NCBI GenBank assembly: GCA_045586995.1
Contig: JAZNBI010000017.1
Span: 1-43,269, forward strand
Direction: 5' to 3'
Length of the DNA: 43,269 bases
Source: Eubacteriales bacterium
GTDB taxonomy: Bacteria; Bacillota; Clostridia; Oscillospirales; CAG-272
The notes under the pieces were generated by a model. It saw nothing but the letters and a program-made list of their open reading frames with translations, was not told the DNA's origin and ran no database searches. This document shows, in pieces, positions 15,170 through 23,577 of the stretch; position 1 is the first letter of the stretch; every line of letters starts with the position of its first letter. A program made the position numbers and the translations under genes.

Positions 15170-15175
15170 TCGGTT

Positions 15176-15237
15176 TTGTAGGCATTTGTAGGCAAAAAGG
15201 CTTGATTTCATTGAAATTGAGCCTTTTTCTGTAGGCA
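15176..15237 (+). repeat. three direct copies of TTGTAGGCA/TGTAGGCA (putative integrase arm-type sites); a fourth copy at 1335-1343
   Basis: Copies at 15176-15184, 15186-15194 and 15230-15237. The same 9-mer occurs at 1335-1343 near the other island end. Confidence 0.55.
15195..15229 (+). terminator. terminator after int (AAAAAGGCT/AGCCTTTTT)
   Basis: A 9-bp stem with an internal ATTTCA/TGAAAT pairing. The 3' arm ends in T5. Confidence 0.55.
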
Positions 15238-15247
15238 GAATTTGTTG

Positions 15248-15357
15248 CATAAATTGCATACTTTTTAAACACATATTGAAAACTGTTCTGAAATATGATA
15301 TAATAAAAAGCGTCGATAAAAGTCTTGTAAATTTAAGGCTTTTCGACGCTTTTTATG
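15248..15357 (+). repeat. 110-bp unit, copy 2 (promoter TTGAAA-17-TGaTATAAT at 15276-15304 + hairpin 15309-15350), abutting the tRNA 3' end
   Basis: Paralog of 874-983. On the minus strand the hairpin plus T-run doubles as the tRNA terminator. Confidence 0.8.
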
Positions 15358-15430
15358 GCACTCCCAACGGGAATCGAACCCATATCTAACCCTTAGGAGG
15401 GGTTTATTCTATCCATTAAACTATGGGAGC
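15356..15430 (-). tRNA. tRNA-Arg (anticodon CCU), CCA encoded
   Basis: Cloverleaf drawn by hand. Acceptor GCTCCCA/TGGGAGT, D-arm GTTT..GAAT, anticodon arm AACCC-CTCCTAA-GGGTT, T-arm ATGGG-TTCGATT-CCCGT. Confidence 0.85.
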
Positions 15431-15492
15431 AGTTTGGCTTATATTCAGTTTTTATGCAGTGGAATATTCGCATTGGCGGATGTTCCTCCTTC

Positions 15493-15533
15493 CCCTTAGG
15501 AGGGGTTTATTATATCCATTTAACTATGCAGGC
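15493..15533 (-). pseudogene. orphan 5' half of a second tRNA-Arg(CCU) gene (acceptor 5' strand to anticodon loop)
   Basis: GCCTGCATAGTTAAATGGATATAATAAACCCCTCCTAAGGG. The D-stem shows a compensatory change (GTTA/TAAT). tRNA similarity ends at CTCCTAAGGG, the same point where the 1149-1192 fragment begins. Confidence 0.7.
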
Positions 15534-15649
15534 GTATTATTTAAATTTGATTTTTTGCGAATTGCAAAAGTATATAAATCCGACAACGGAACAAGTATAT
15601 CACAAATAGATTCAAAAATCAATGCTTTTTTAAAAAGGAGGCGACACAA

Positions 15650-16093
15650 TTGAAAGGTATATATAAGGAACGGCTGATTTTGGCGGTTATGATCATATTG
15701 ACGTTGGCTTGGACGGTTTTTATATGGTCTAACTCGATGATGGACGGCGAGGAGTCAACCGAAATGAGCGACAGCTTTTCGGATCGTGTCGAGGATATTT
15801 TGGAAAATGTAGGCGTGGAAGTGGAAATGGATTCTCATACCACACGAAAACTCGCGCATTTTTTTGAGTTTGCCGTGCACGGGATTTTGATGTTTATAAC
15901 CCTTAAAACCGCAAAAATTGCACACTTGACAGGATGGGCGGGCGCAGGGTCGTTTTTGACCGCCGTCATCGACGAATGTATACAGCTTTTCTCAAACGGG
16001 CGGTCGGGTAATATTGTTGATGTATGTATTGATTGCGGCGGCGCGTTGTGCGGAATTCTTTTAATGTGGCTTATTTGCAGAAAGCGTATTTGA
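15650..16093 (+). CDS. VanZ-like family membrane protein
   Basis: TTG start with an AAGGAGG RBS. Motifs RKLAHFFEFAVHG and DECIQLFSNGRSGNIVDV. Multiple TM segments. Confidence 0.7.
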   Translation: MKGIYKERLILAVMIILTLAWTVFIWSNSMMDGEESTEMSDSFSDRVEDILENVGVEVEMDSHTTRKLAHFFEFAVHGILMFITLKTAKIAHLTGWAGAGSFLTAVIDECIQLFSNGRSGNIVDVCIDCGGALCGILLMWLICRKRI

Positions 16094-16690
16094 GCTCGTT
16101 TTCAACTCTTTGAAGCGCCGTTTGATATAACTATCTCTAAGGTCGTCGAAAATTTCACAAGACGTTGAATATTTGCTTTTGAAAAAATATTCGCAATCAA
16201 GCTCGGACGAGAGAAATTTTATATTTTTCTTTAATTCGTCAAGATATTTTTGCTCGTCGGAGAATACGGCAACCGCTAAAACCCGAGGAGCTAAAGAATA
16301 GTCGATAGCGCCGAGTGCTTTGCACAAAAGCTTCTGGATCTGTTCCTCGGAGGTGGAGAAAATATCGTCTATTTCATATTTTGCAATGTGAGATACGTCG
16401 GTGCAGATTCCCGAGCAAAAAACATCAAAGCTTCGATTTTTGACAATAAACGCAACAAATATGCGGTCACGGCGAATGGCACACGCAAGCGGGGTTCTAC
16501 CTTGCTTACCCGTCGAAACCGTTCGCTGAGAGATAACGTCAATATTTTCTAAAAAGCTTATCGCTTTGCATATTGACGAATAGCTTTTGCCCGAACGCTT
16601 GACTATCAATGAACGGTGAATACGGCAAGGAGAACGCAATATTTCATCCAAAACAGCAAATATGTTATCTATTTTGAAAGAAATACTCAT
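16061..16690 (-). CDS. hypothetical protein, possible N-terminal winged-HTH (ROK-repressor-like N-terminus)
   Basis: A 209-aa ORF whose 3' end overlaps the vanZ-like 3' end by 33 nt. Similarity is weak (SICKAISFLENIDVI..GKQGRTP). Confidence 0.5.
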   Translation of the reverse strand: MSISFKIDNIFAVLDEILRSPCRIHRSLIVKRSGKSYSSICKAISFLENIDVISQRTVSTGKQGRTPLACAIRRDRIFVAFIVKNRSFDVFCSGICTDVSHIAKYEIDDIFSTSEEQIQKLLCKALGAIDYSLAPRVLAVAVFSDEQKYLDELKKNIKFLSSELDCEYFFKSKYSTSCEIFDDLRDSYIKRRFKELKTSSNTLSANKPH

Positions 16691-16771
16691 TACAAGGTCC
16701 TCTTACTTCAAAAATGATGGCATAATTATAGCAAAACGAGCATATATTGTCAATATTTTTAAAAAAAGTTA

Positions 16772-16888
16772 TTGACAAAGCGCCTCTATAATGTTATAAT
16801 AATATGCCGCTTAAAAGCGGGCTTTTTAAGTGTTGCTTTTGCAATCGCCCGATTTAGCGAGTCTATATATGAAAGAGAGGTGCTTTTC
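16772..16888 (+). promoter_or_regulatory. rplU promoter (TTGACA-17-TGtTATAAT, 16772-16800) and L21-type leader with attenuator hairpin CCGCTT/AGCGGG + T5
   Basis: Consensus promoter hexamers. A leader hairpin plus T-run lies before the rplU RBS, as in Firmicutes L21 leaders. Confidence 0.6.
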
Positions 16889-17200
16889 GTGTTTGCAGTT
16901 ATCGAAACCGGCGGAAAGCAGTATAAGGTTAACGAGGGAGATGTAATTTTCGTAGAAAAGCTCGACGTTAACGAAGGTGATACGGTTGTATTCGACCGTG
17001 TAATGGCATTATCCATCGGCGAAAATTTCCAGATTGGAGCTCCTGTTGTTGATGGAGCAAAGGTCACTGCCAACGTTGTTAAAAACGGCAAGGGCAAAAA
17101 GATTTATGTAATGAAGTACAAGTCAAAAAAGAACGAGAAGAAAAAGATCGGTCACAGACAGCCCTACACAAAGCTTCAGATCGTTTCTATCGAGGGCTGA
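16889..17200 (+). CDS. rplU: 50S ribosomal protein L21
   Basis: GTG start with an AGAGAGG RBS. (M)[13 protein letters not shown] is the canonical L21 N-terminus. Confidence 0.95.
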   Translation: MFAVIETGGKQYKVNEGDVIFVEKLDVNEGDTVVFDRVMALSIGENFQIGAPVVDGAKVTANVVKNGKGKKIYVMKYKSKKNEKKKIGHRQPYTKLQIVSIEG

Positions 17201-17215
17201 GTTTTACTTGACAAC

Positions 17216-17575
17216 ATGACAAAAATCATTTTTTACAGAAGCGACGGAATTTTTTACGGCTTCGAGGAGCAAGGGCACACCGGATACGGCGATGCCGGAG
17301 ATGATATTCTTTGTTCGGCGCTTTCCGCAATGACAATGCTTATCGTAAACACAATAGAGGTTGCCTATGCTTCCGATGTTGATTACTTTGTTGACGAGGG
17401 CGCGACGAATATTAAGGTTCGCTCCAAGGCGGCTCTTCCCGAATTTGAGTCGGACGAAAAAAAACGATATGCTGTTTCGGGAATATTTATGTCGTATTTT
17501 TATCAGCTTAACGATATGCTTGAGGAGTATTGCGACTATCTCGACGTGAGTGTCGTTGATAAGGATTATAATTAA
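17216..17575 (+). CDS. prp: ribosomal-processing cysteine protease Prp (YsxB family)
   Basis: It lies between rplU and rpmA. Motifs GHTGYGDAGDDILCSALSAM. Confidence 0.9.
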   Translation: MTKIIFYRSDGIFYGFEEQGHTGYGDAGDDILCSALSAMTMLIVNTIEVAYASDVDYFVDEGATNIKVRSKAALPEFESDEKKRYAVSGIFMSYFYQLNDMLEEYCDYLDVSVVDKDYN

Positions 17576-17656
17576 CGCGTTTCTGTCCTGCGGCTTGACC
17601 GTGGATTTCCCTTTCGGGGAAAACTTTTCACAAAATAATTTATGGAGGTGCTGATA

Positions 17657-17935
17657 ATGTTGAAGATCAGTTTACAATTCTTTGCTCATAAAAAAGGTGT
17701 TGGTTCAACAAAGAATGGTCGTGACAGTGAGTCTAAACGTCTTGGCGTTAAAAAGGCAGACGGACAGCCCGTTGTTGCAGGTAACATCATTATAAGACAA
17801 AGAGGAACAGCTATTCATCCGGGTAATAACGTCGGTATGGGTAAGGATCATACTTTGTTTGCTTTGATTGACGGAAATGTTAAGTTTGAGCAAAAGACAA
17901 AAGATAAGAAGCAGGTAAGCGTTTACGCTAACTGA
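17657..17935 (+). CDS. rpmA: 50S ribosomal protein L27 with N-terminal propeptide
   Basis: [32 protein letters not shown]; the FA/HKKG junction is the Prp cleavage context. Confidence 0.95.
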   Translation: MLKISLQFFAHKKGVGSTKNGRDSESKRLGVKKADGQPVVAGNIIIRQRGTAIHPGNNVGMGKDHTLFALIDGNVKFEQKTKDKKQVSVYAN

Positions 17936-17947
17936 TTTAATTCGAAT

Positions 17948-17981
17948 AAAAAAATCACCTGAAAATTTCAGGTGATTTTTT
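17948..17981. terminator. bidirectional terminator (ATCACCTGAAA/TTTCAGGTGAT flanked by A and T runs)
   Basis: Perfect 11-bp stem between the convergent rpmA and the RHH gene. Confidence 0.8.
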
Positions 17982-18174
17982 ATTCGCGGGTTTGCTTTAC
18001 ATTTACGTCGGGATTTATGTTTCCTTGAATCACGCCGTTCTTCTCTTCAAACGTTTTTATATTTTCTCTGATTAAAACAAGAATGTGACTGTTAACGCTT
18101 CTGCTCTCATAATCGGCAACATAGGCAATTTTATTTAACATTTCTTGAAACACTCTTAATAGCAATAAAATCAC
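17980..18174 (-). CDS. Arc/CopG-like ribbon-helix-helix protein (64 aa)
   Basis: LLLRV..EMLNKIAYVADYESRSVNSHILVLIRE fits the beta-strand/helix/RS.N..I pattern of Arc-family proteins. Confidence 0.45.
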   Translation of the reverse strand: MILLLLRVFQEMLNKIAYVADYESRSVNSHILVLIRENIKTFEEKNGVIQGNINPDVNVKQTRE

Positions 18175-18274
18175 TCCATAATAAATATATTGTGTATTTA
18201 TTTTATTTGAAGTATGTGTTATAAGGTTGTAAATAGGTATACATTATATCTATAATATTTTTTGTGGTGACATT

Positions 18275-19153
18275 ATGGAAGATATAAACTTATATACTTG
18301 TTGCTTCTTTTTTTCAAAATCTGTAAATGGGTTGAATAACAATGACTTTTGTAGTATAATATTAGAGTTATTTGATTATTACAAACAAAAGGGACTTTAC
18401 CGTATGAAAAACGACAAGATTCGTATATCCAAAACAAGAGGAATATATTTTCTGCGGCTCGTCGGCAGAATTTTAATATTCCTTATTGCAATTTTGATAT
18501 ATATATTTGACAGAGAAAAATTTAATATTGCCGACGGATGGAATTTCTTTAGCGAATTTTCGCCTTTGCATATTTTATGGATAATTTGGATGTGGGATAT
18601 GGTTTTACAGCTCATTCCCGTAAAAGCACACATATCCATAGGTTCGCAGAAGGTGTTTGAGTCATTGTTCAAGCCGATAAAAGAGAAGATCAACTATCAG
18701 AACCTTAAGAAGTATATAAAAGACACGACTGCCGCGGCGTACAAGGTTATGGTAATATGGATTTTACTGACGGCGGTAATAAGCATATTACATCTTAACG
18801 GGATTATAGACACGGGCGTGATGATACTGCTGTCAACATTTTTCTACGTGTGTGATTTGATATGCGTTCTTATATGGTGTCCGTTTAGACTTATAATGAA
18901 GAACAAGTGCTGTACTACCTGCCGAATATTTAATTGGGACCATCTGATGATGTTCTTGCCGATAATATCGGTTAACAGTATTTATTCGTGGTCACTCGTC
19001 ATATTTTCATTTCTCATATGGCTCATATGGGAGGTGTGTGTATTCACATACCCCGAAAGATTTTGGGAAAACAGCAATATGGCACTCAGATGCTCCGAGT
19101 GCACCGATAAGCTCTGCACGCAGTATTGCAGAAGACTGAGAAGTAAAAAATAA
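18275..19153 (+). CDS. polytopic membrane protein with Cys-rich segments, unknown function
   Basis: Several TM stretches, plus CCTTCRIFNWDH and CSECTDKLCTQYC. The start is uncertain (alternative ATG at 18404). Confidence 0.55.
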   Translation: MEDINLYTCCFFFSKSVNGLNNNDFCSIILELFDYYKQKGLYRMKNDKIRISKTRGIYFLRLVGRILIFLIAILIYIFDREKFNIADGWNFFSEFSPLHILWIIWMWDMVLQLIPVKAHISIGSQKVFESLFKPIKEKINYQNLKKYIKDTTAAAYKVMVIWILLTAVISILHLNGIIDTGVMILLSTFFYVCDLICVLIWCPFRLIMKNKCCTTCRIFNWDHLMMFLPIISVNSIYSWSLVIFSFLIWLIWEVCVFTYPERFWENSNMALRCSECTDKLCTQYCRRLRSKK

Positions 19154-19166
19154 AATTCGAAAAAAA

Positions 19167-19199
19167 GCGATGCAAACTTGGCAGTTGCACCGCTTTTTC
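19167..19199 (+). terminator. intrinsic terminator (GCGATGCAA/TTGCACCGC, one mismatch, + T5)
   Basis: Hairpin followed by TTTTT, directly after the stop at 19153. Confidence 0.5.
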
Positions 19200-19225
19200 T
19201 ATTTAACGCTTTTAGGGGGAGCTTT

Positions 19226-19657
19226 TTAATTGAGTTTTATTTTGTTTAATTCTTTAAAAAGACAATCAAATGCCTCTTGGGGAGATGTTGCATTTTTCAC
19301 TGCGATCTCCATAGGACACATACCGTCGCCGCGACGGTTGACGATATATTTTGTAAGAATATTGTATTTATACTCAATTTTATATTCCTCAAGCACGGAT
19401 ATGGCGCTTTCGGAAATCACCTCGGCATAAACGCTTTTGATGCCGAGCAAAACAAACAGATATGCGGCGGCTTTTCCGACGATCTTGTCGGCAGCGGCAC
19501 CGTTTTTAAAAATTATCTTTTCCTGCGCCCTGCCAAAAAGAAACGAAATTCCTTTTGCATCCGAAGTGAGTGTAACACCGTCGCCTACACATACACATTC
19601 GTGCTTTTCTTCGCAGAAGATTTTAATTGCTTTTGATAGATTTTCACTTTTTATCAT
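19226..19657 (-). CDS. DUF1893-like protein
   Basis: 143 aa. DKIVGKAAAYL and NRRGDGMCPME resemble DUF1893 family motifs. Confidence 0.55.
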   Translation of the reverse strand: MIKSENLSKAIKIFCEEKHECVCVGDGVTLTSDAKGISFLFGRAQEKIIFKNGAAADKIVGKAAAYLFVLLGIKSVYAEVISESAISVLEEYKIEYKYNILTKYIVNRRGDGMCPMEIAVKNATSPQEAFDCLFKELNKIKLN

Positions 19658-19844
19658 AACTTATATTTATTTTTTGCCGATACAATGAACGCTTCGTTAG
19701 AGAAACATTCGAATTCCACAACAACTCCGTTTTTATTATAGCTTTTTCTGTAAAATTACAGCTTTCTATGAGGTCATTATACAATATATTTTTTGTTATT
19801 GCAACAGCTTTTTCCATTTTATTAAAATAGTATGATAAAAAATC

Positions 19845-19873
19845 TTGTAAAAAACAAAGAAATAGTTTATAAT
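19845..19873 (+). promoter_or_regulatory. lepA promoter TTGTAA-17-TATAAT
   Basis: Hexamers at 19845-19850 and 19868-19873. Confidence 0.5.
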
Positions 19874-19908
19874 ATAGATGATAAATTTCAAGGAGCAATA
19901 TTTAGAAG

Positions 19909-21726
19909 ATGCAAAAGAGCGAAAAGCAAAAACATATAAGGAATTTTTCAATTATAGCACATATCGACCATGGCAAATCCACGCTCGCCGACCGTATTCT
20001 TGAAAGCACTCAAGCGGTATCAAAGCGCGAGATGGAAGAACAGGTCTTGGACAACATGGATCTTGAGCGTGAACGCGGAATTACAATCAAGGCGCGCGCG
20101 GTGCGTCTTGAGTATACCGCAAATGACGGCGAAAAATATGAATTTAACCTTATCGATACCCCCGGTCACGTTGACTTTAACTATGAGGTTTCGCGTTCGT
20201 TAAACGCATGCGAGGGTGCGTTGCTCGTTGTCGATGCGACTCAGGGAATAGAAGCGCAAACGCTTGCAAACGCTTATTTGGCGGTCGATTCGAATCTTGA
20301 AATAGTTCCCGTCATAAATAAAATAGACCTTCCGTCAGCCGACGTTGAAAGGGTTCGTTCTGAGATTGAGGATATAATCGGTATACCTGCGGAGGGCTGT
20401 CCCGCAGTTTCGGCGAAAAGCGGACTGAATATTGAGCAGGTGCTTGAAAAAATCGTCAGGGATATTCCGTCGCCCACAGGTGATGAAAACGCACCCTTAA
20501 AGTGTCTTATTTTTGACTCGTATTATGACAGCTATCTCGGAGTCGTCGTATACGTCAAGGTGGTTGACGGTAGTGTTAAGAGCGGAGATACCATTCAGCT
20601 TATGAGTACGGGCAAGACCTTCGAGGTGGTGGACGTCGGTACGATGGAGGCGTTTGGGCTTCATAAGACCGAACGGCTAAGCGCGGGGGAGGTAGGATAT
20701 ATCACCGCGTCTATAAAAAACGTGGGCGATACGCGCGTGGGAGATACTATTACACATGCAAATGCGCCTGCCGACGAAGCGTTGCCCGGATTTAAAACCG
20801 TTCACCCTATGGTTTATGCGGGAATTTATCCCGCCGACGGCGCAAGATACGGCGATTTGCGCGATGCGCTTGAAAAGCTTCGTCTTAACGATGCCGCTCT
20901 TTCCTTTGAGCCCGAAACCTCAATAGCGCTCGGCTTTGGCTTTAGATGCGGTTTTCTCGGACTTCTTCATATGGAAATTATTGAAGAACGTCTTGAAAGA
21001 GAATTCAATCTTGACCTTATAACGACAGCGCCAAGCGTTATATACGAGATAACCAAACGCGGCGGAGAAAAAATATTTATAGATAATCCGTCAAATTATC
21101 CTACGGCAGATGAAATTGAAGTCGCCGCCGAACCGTTGGTGAAAGCAAATATTATTACTCCCACGGCGTACGTCGGAGGGCTTATGGATCTGTGCCAGGA
21201 CAGACGTGGGGTATTCCACGATATGAAATATATAGATTCGGAACGCGTTGAGCTTCATTACGATCTTCCGCTCAATGAGATCATTTATGACTTCTTCGAC
21301 GCGCTTAAAAGCCGTTCGAGAGGTTATGCGTCGCTTGATTATGAGTTTTCCGAATATGTGCCGAGTAAGCTCGTAAAGCTTGATTTCTTGCTCAACGGTG
21401 AGCAGGTGGACGCGCTTTCCTTTATAGTACACGAGGAAAAGGCATATACACGTGCGCGCAGAATTGCGGAAAAGCTTAAGGAGAACATACCGAGGCAGCT
21501 TTTTGAAATTCCGATACAAGCGACTGTCGGATCGAGAGTAATTGCGCGTGAAACCGTTAAAGCACTTCGTAAGGACGTGCTTGCGAAATGCTATGGTGGA
21601 GATATAACACGTAAAAAGAAGCTTCTCGAAAAGCAAAAAGAAGGAAAAAAGAAGATGCGTCAGCTCGGTTCGGTGCAGGTATCGCCCGAGGCGTTTATGG
21701 CGGTGCTTAAGCTTGATGATAATTGA
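19909..21726 (+). CDS. lepA: translation elongation factor 4 (LepA)
   Basis: [33 protein letters not shown] and the LepA C-terminal domain. 605 aa. Confidence 0.97.
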   Translation: MQKSEKQKHIRNFSIIAHIDHGKSTLADRILESTQAVSKREMEEQVLDNMDLERERGITIKARAVRLEYTANDGEKYEFNLIDTPGHVDFNYEVSRSLNACEGALLVVDATQGIEAQTLANAYLAVDSNLEIVPVINKIDLPSADVERVRSEIEDIIGIPAEGCPAVSAKSGLNIEQVLEKIVRDIPSPTGDENAPLKCLIFDSYYDSYLGVVVYVKVVDGSVKSGDTIQLMSTGKTFEVVDVGTMEAFGLHKTERLSAGEVGYITASIKNVGDTRVGDTITHANAPADEALPGFKTVHPMVYAGIYPADGARYGDLRDALEKLRLNDAALSFEPETSIALGFGFRCGFLGLLHMEIIEERLEREFNLDLITTAPSVIYEITKRGGEKIFIDNPSNYPTADEIEVAAEPLVKANIITPTAYVGGLMDLCQDRRGVFHDMKYIDSERVELHYDLPLNEIIYDFFDALKSRSRGYASLDYEFSEYVPSKLVKLDFLLNGEQVDALSFIVHEEKAYTRARRIAEKLKENIPRQLFEIPIQATVGSRVIARETVKALRKDVLAKCYGGDITRKKKLLEKQKEGKKKMRQLGSVQVSPEAFMAVLKLDDN

Positions 21727-21727
21727 G

Positions 21728-22885
21728 ATGAACGAAAAGGCTGAAAATAAAAATCTCGGTATCTATATCCACATACCGTTTTGCGTACAAAAATGTCGTT
21801 ATTGCGATTTTTGTTCCTTTCCGCACAACAGAAATACGCCGAGGGATCTTGAATTTGCCGATAAATACGTAGACGAGCTTTGCTCGGATATCAAAAAAGC
21901 GGCAAGTGCCATGAGCGCATATAATGTAGATACTGTATATTTGGGCGGCGGAACACCGACATTACTTTCGCCGATACAATTTGAGAAGCTTTTCAAGGAG
22001 CTTTCAGAAAGTGCGAATATACTGCCCGATGCCGAAATAAGTATTGAATGTAACCCTGCAACGGCAGATGAGGAATATCTGAAAACGCTGCGCGGTATGG
22101 GGGTGAACCGTTTAAGCATAGGATTTCAAAGCGCAAATGAGAGGGAGCTTTGTGCTCTCGGAAGGGTCCATACGTTTTACGATGCCCAAAAGGTTTTTGA
22201 CGATGCCAGAAACGCCGGCTTTGATAACGTAAGCGTAGACGTTATGTACGGTATACCCGAGCAAACCGAAAAATCATTTTCCGAAACCTTGAATTCAATA
22301 ATTGCCCTTGCTCCCGAGCACATATCTTCATATTGCTTGAAGCTTGAGGAGGGAACACCGCTTTTTTGCGAAAAAAACCGCTTGTCGCTTCCGAGTGACG
22401 ATGCTGTGTTCGAAATGTATTCGAATATGGCGGAAAAGCTTGCGAGCGTTCAATATGAGCGTTATGAAATAAGCAATTTTGCAAAACGCGGATATAAATC
22501 AAGGCATAATTTAAAATATTGGACGGGGGGAGATTATCTCGGATTTGGAATGTCGGCACATTCCTATTTCCAAGGAGAGCGTTTTTCTGTTTCTTCGGAC
22601 GCCGAGGACTTTTTTAAGCCGAATAAGATTTGCGACAGATATTTCATTGAGCCGAATGAAAAAATGCGCGAATATATTATGCTTCGTATGCGTCTTGAAG
22701 AAGGAATAGATGCAGATGATTTCGAAAAGCGTTTCGGGGCGAATTTCTGTGAGCTGTACGGAAATGCCTTGAAGTCATACGGAGAAAAATACGTAAAATC
22801 TTTTGGCAAACGTATATCTTTTACAACCGAGGGAATGTATGTCAGTAATTATATCCTTTCGGAAATTATTGACTTTGATACATAA
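21728..22885 (+). CDS. hemW: radical SAM heme chaperone HemW / HemN-like oxygen-independent coproporphyrinogen oxidase family
   Basis: HIPFCVQKCRYCDF (CxxxCxxC). Conserved position downstream of lepA. The start could be 21713 or 21728. Confidence 0.85.
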   Translation: MNEKAENKNLGIYIHIPFCVQKCRYCDFCSFPHNRNTPRDLEFADKYVDELCSDIKKAASAMSAYNVDTVYLGGGTPTLLSPIQFEKLFKELSESANILPDAEISIECNPATADEEYLKTLRGMGVNRLSIGFQSANERELCALGRVHTFYDAQKVFDDARNAGFDNVSVDVMYGIPEQTEKSFSETLNSIIALAPEHISSYCLKLEEGTPLFCEKNRLSLPSDDAVFEMYSNMAEKLASVQYERYEISNFAKRGYKSRHNLKYWTGGDYLGFGMSAHSYFQGERFSVSSDAEDFFKPNKICDRYFIEPNEKMREYIMLRMRLEEGIDADDFEKRFGANFCELYGNALKSYGEKYVKSFGKRISFTTEGMYVSNYILSEIIDFDT

Positions 22886-22968
22886 TAAAAAATTTTTAAT
22901 TTTATTGACAACACGATGAAAATAAGATACAATATAAGTAATAAAAGAATTTGGGAGTAGTTAATATT

Positions 22969-23274
22969 ATGGATGAAAATATGCTTGGTAACGAATACTA
23001 TACATTGACCGACGAGGACGGTAACGAAAGTGAGTTTGAGCTTATCGGTCGTTGTGAGCTTAAAGGGTGCGAGTATTTGGCACTCATTCCTGCGGAGACA
23101 GATGGAAAAGAAACGGTTGAATTCAGCGAATACGTAATTTTAAAAGCGGTTAAAGAAGACGGAGAAGATGTTTTTGTCACCATTGATGATGACGACGAGT
23201 TCGATATGGTCGCCGACTATTTTGACGATGCTTTTTCACAGGAAATCGATTACGATGGAGAAGATGACGAATAA
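22969..23274 (+). CDS. DUF1292-like acidic protein
   Basis: GGGAG RBS. YTLTDEDGNESEFELIG..EYLALIP and an acidic tail. Confidence 0.65.
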   Translation: MDENMLGNEYYTLTDEDGNESEFELIGRCELKGCEYLALIPAETDGKETVEFSEYVILKAVKEDGEDVFVTIDDDDEFDMVADYFDDAFSQEIDYDGEDDE

Positions 23275-23334
23275 TTTTTAAGTATCACTCCTGCTTAGTG
23301 CGTGATAATCGTGTATAAAACCCACAAAACAGAA

Positions 23335-23547
23335 AAGGAGCTCGAAATAAATTCCGAGGTGGTTTGCAGACCTCCCTTTCTCCTTCGCGATTGACTTGTC
23401 TCGGTTGGAAAAAGGACGTTGGGAGCAGTAAAGTCAAGGATAGAGCACCGCCCTTGCATATGCAGGGTTTCAAATCGCGGTTACACGGCTCGGCGGGAAT
23501 ACATACAAGAGAGCTCCTTCGTTTTTACGAAGGAGTTTGTTTTTTTT
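23335..23547 (+). promoter_or_regulatory. structured 5' leader with intrinsic terminator (riboswitch/antitermination-like, class not identified)
   Basis: The closing helix pairs 23335-23343 with 23511-23519. It overlaps the 5' arm of the terminator CTCCTTCG/CGAAGGAG (23514-23535), which is followed by a T-run. Several internal helices are present. Confidence 0.45.
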
Positions 23548-23577
23548 GAAAAATAATTTTTCGGAGGTATAATAAAA

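Larger units (their letters stand above)
1149..15502. mobile_element. ~14.3-kb tRNA-Arg-associated integrative island (primase-helicase/xis/int backbone, satellite- or IME-like, no structural or conjugation genes)
   Basis: Direct repeats of tRNA sequence sit at both ends, and int+xis are adjacent to the tRNA. TTGTAGGCA arm-type repeats lie near both ends. The cargo composition differs from the flanking core genes. Confidence 0.8.

Noticed and set aside
1149-15502. The island considered as a complete prophage or a conjugative element.
   Set aside because: No terminase, portal, capsid, tail or lysis genes are present, and no relaxase, coupling protein or T4SS genes. At 14 kb, only integrase, excisionase, primase-helicase and cargo are present.
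15423-15653. 76-aa ORF on the plus strand.
   Set aside because: It starts inside the tRNA-Arg gene (antisense), crosses the orphan tRNA 5' half, and has no RBS.
19644-19898. 84-aa minus-strand ORF between the DUF1893 gene and lepA.
   Set aside because: It lies over the lepA promoter region, is AT-rich and low in complexity, has no RBS, and overlaps the start of the DUF1893 gene.
23285-23549. Two ~61-aa ORFs (23285..23473 minus, 23364..23549 plus), and a tRNA-like look around 23420-23500.
   Set aside because: Neither ORF has an RBS, and both lie in a region better explained by RNA structure. I could not draw a cloverleaf: no T-arm or acceptor pairing is present.
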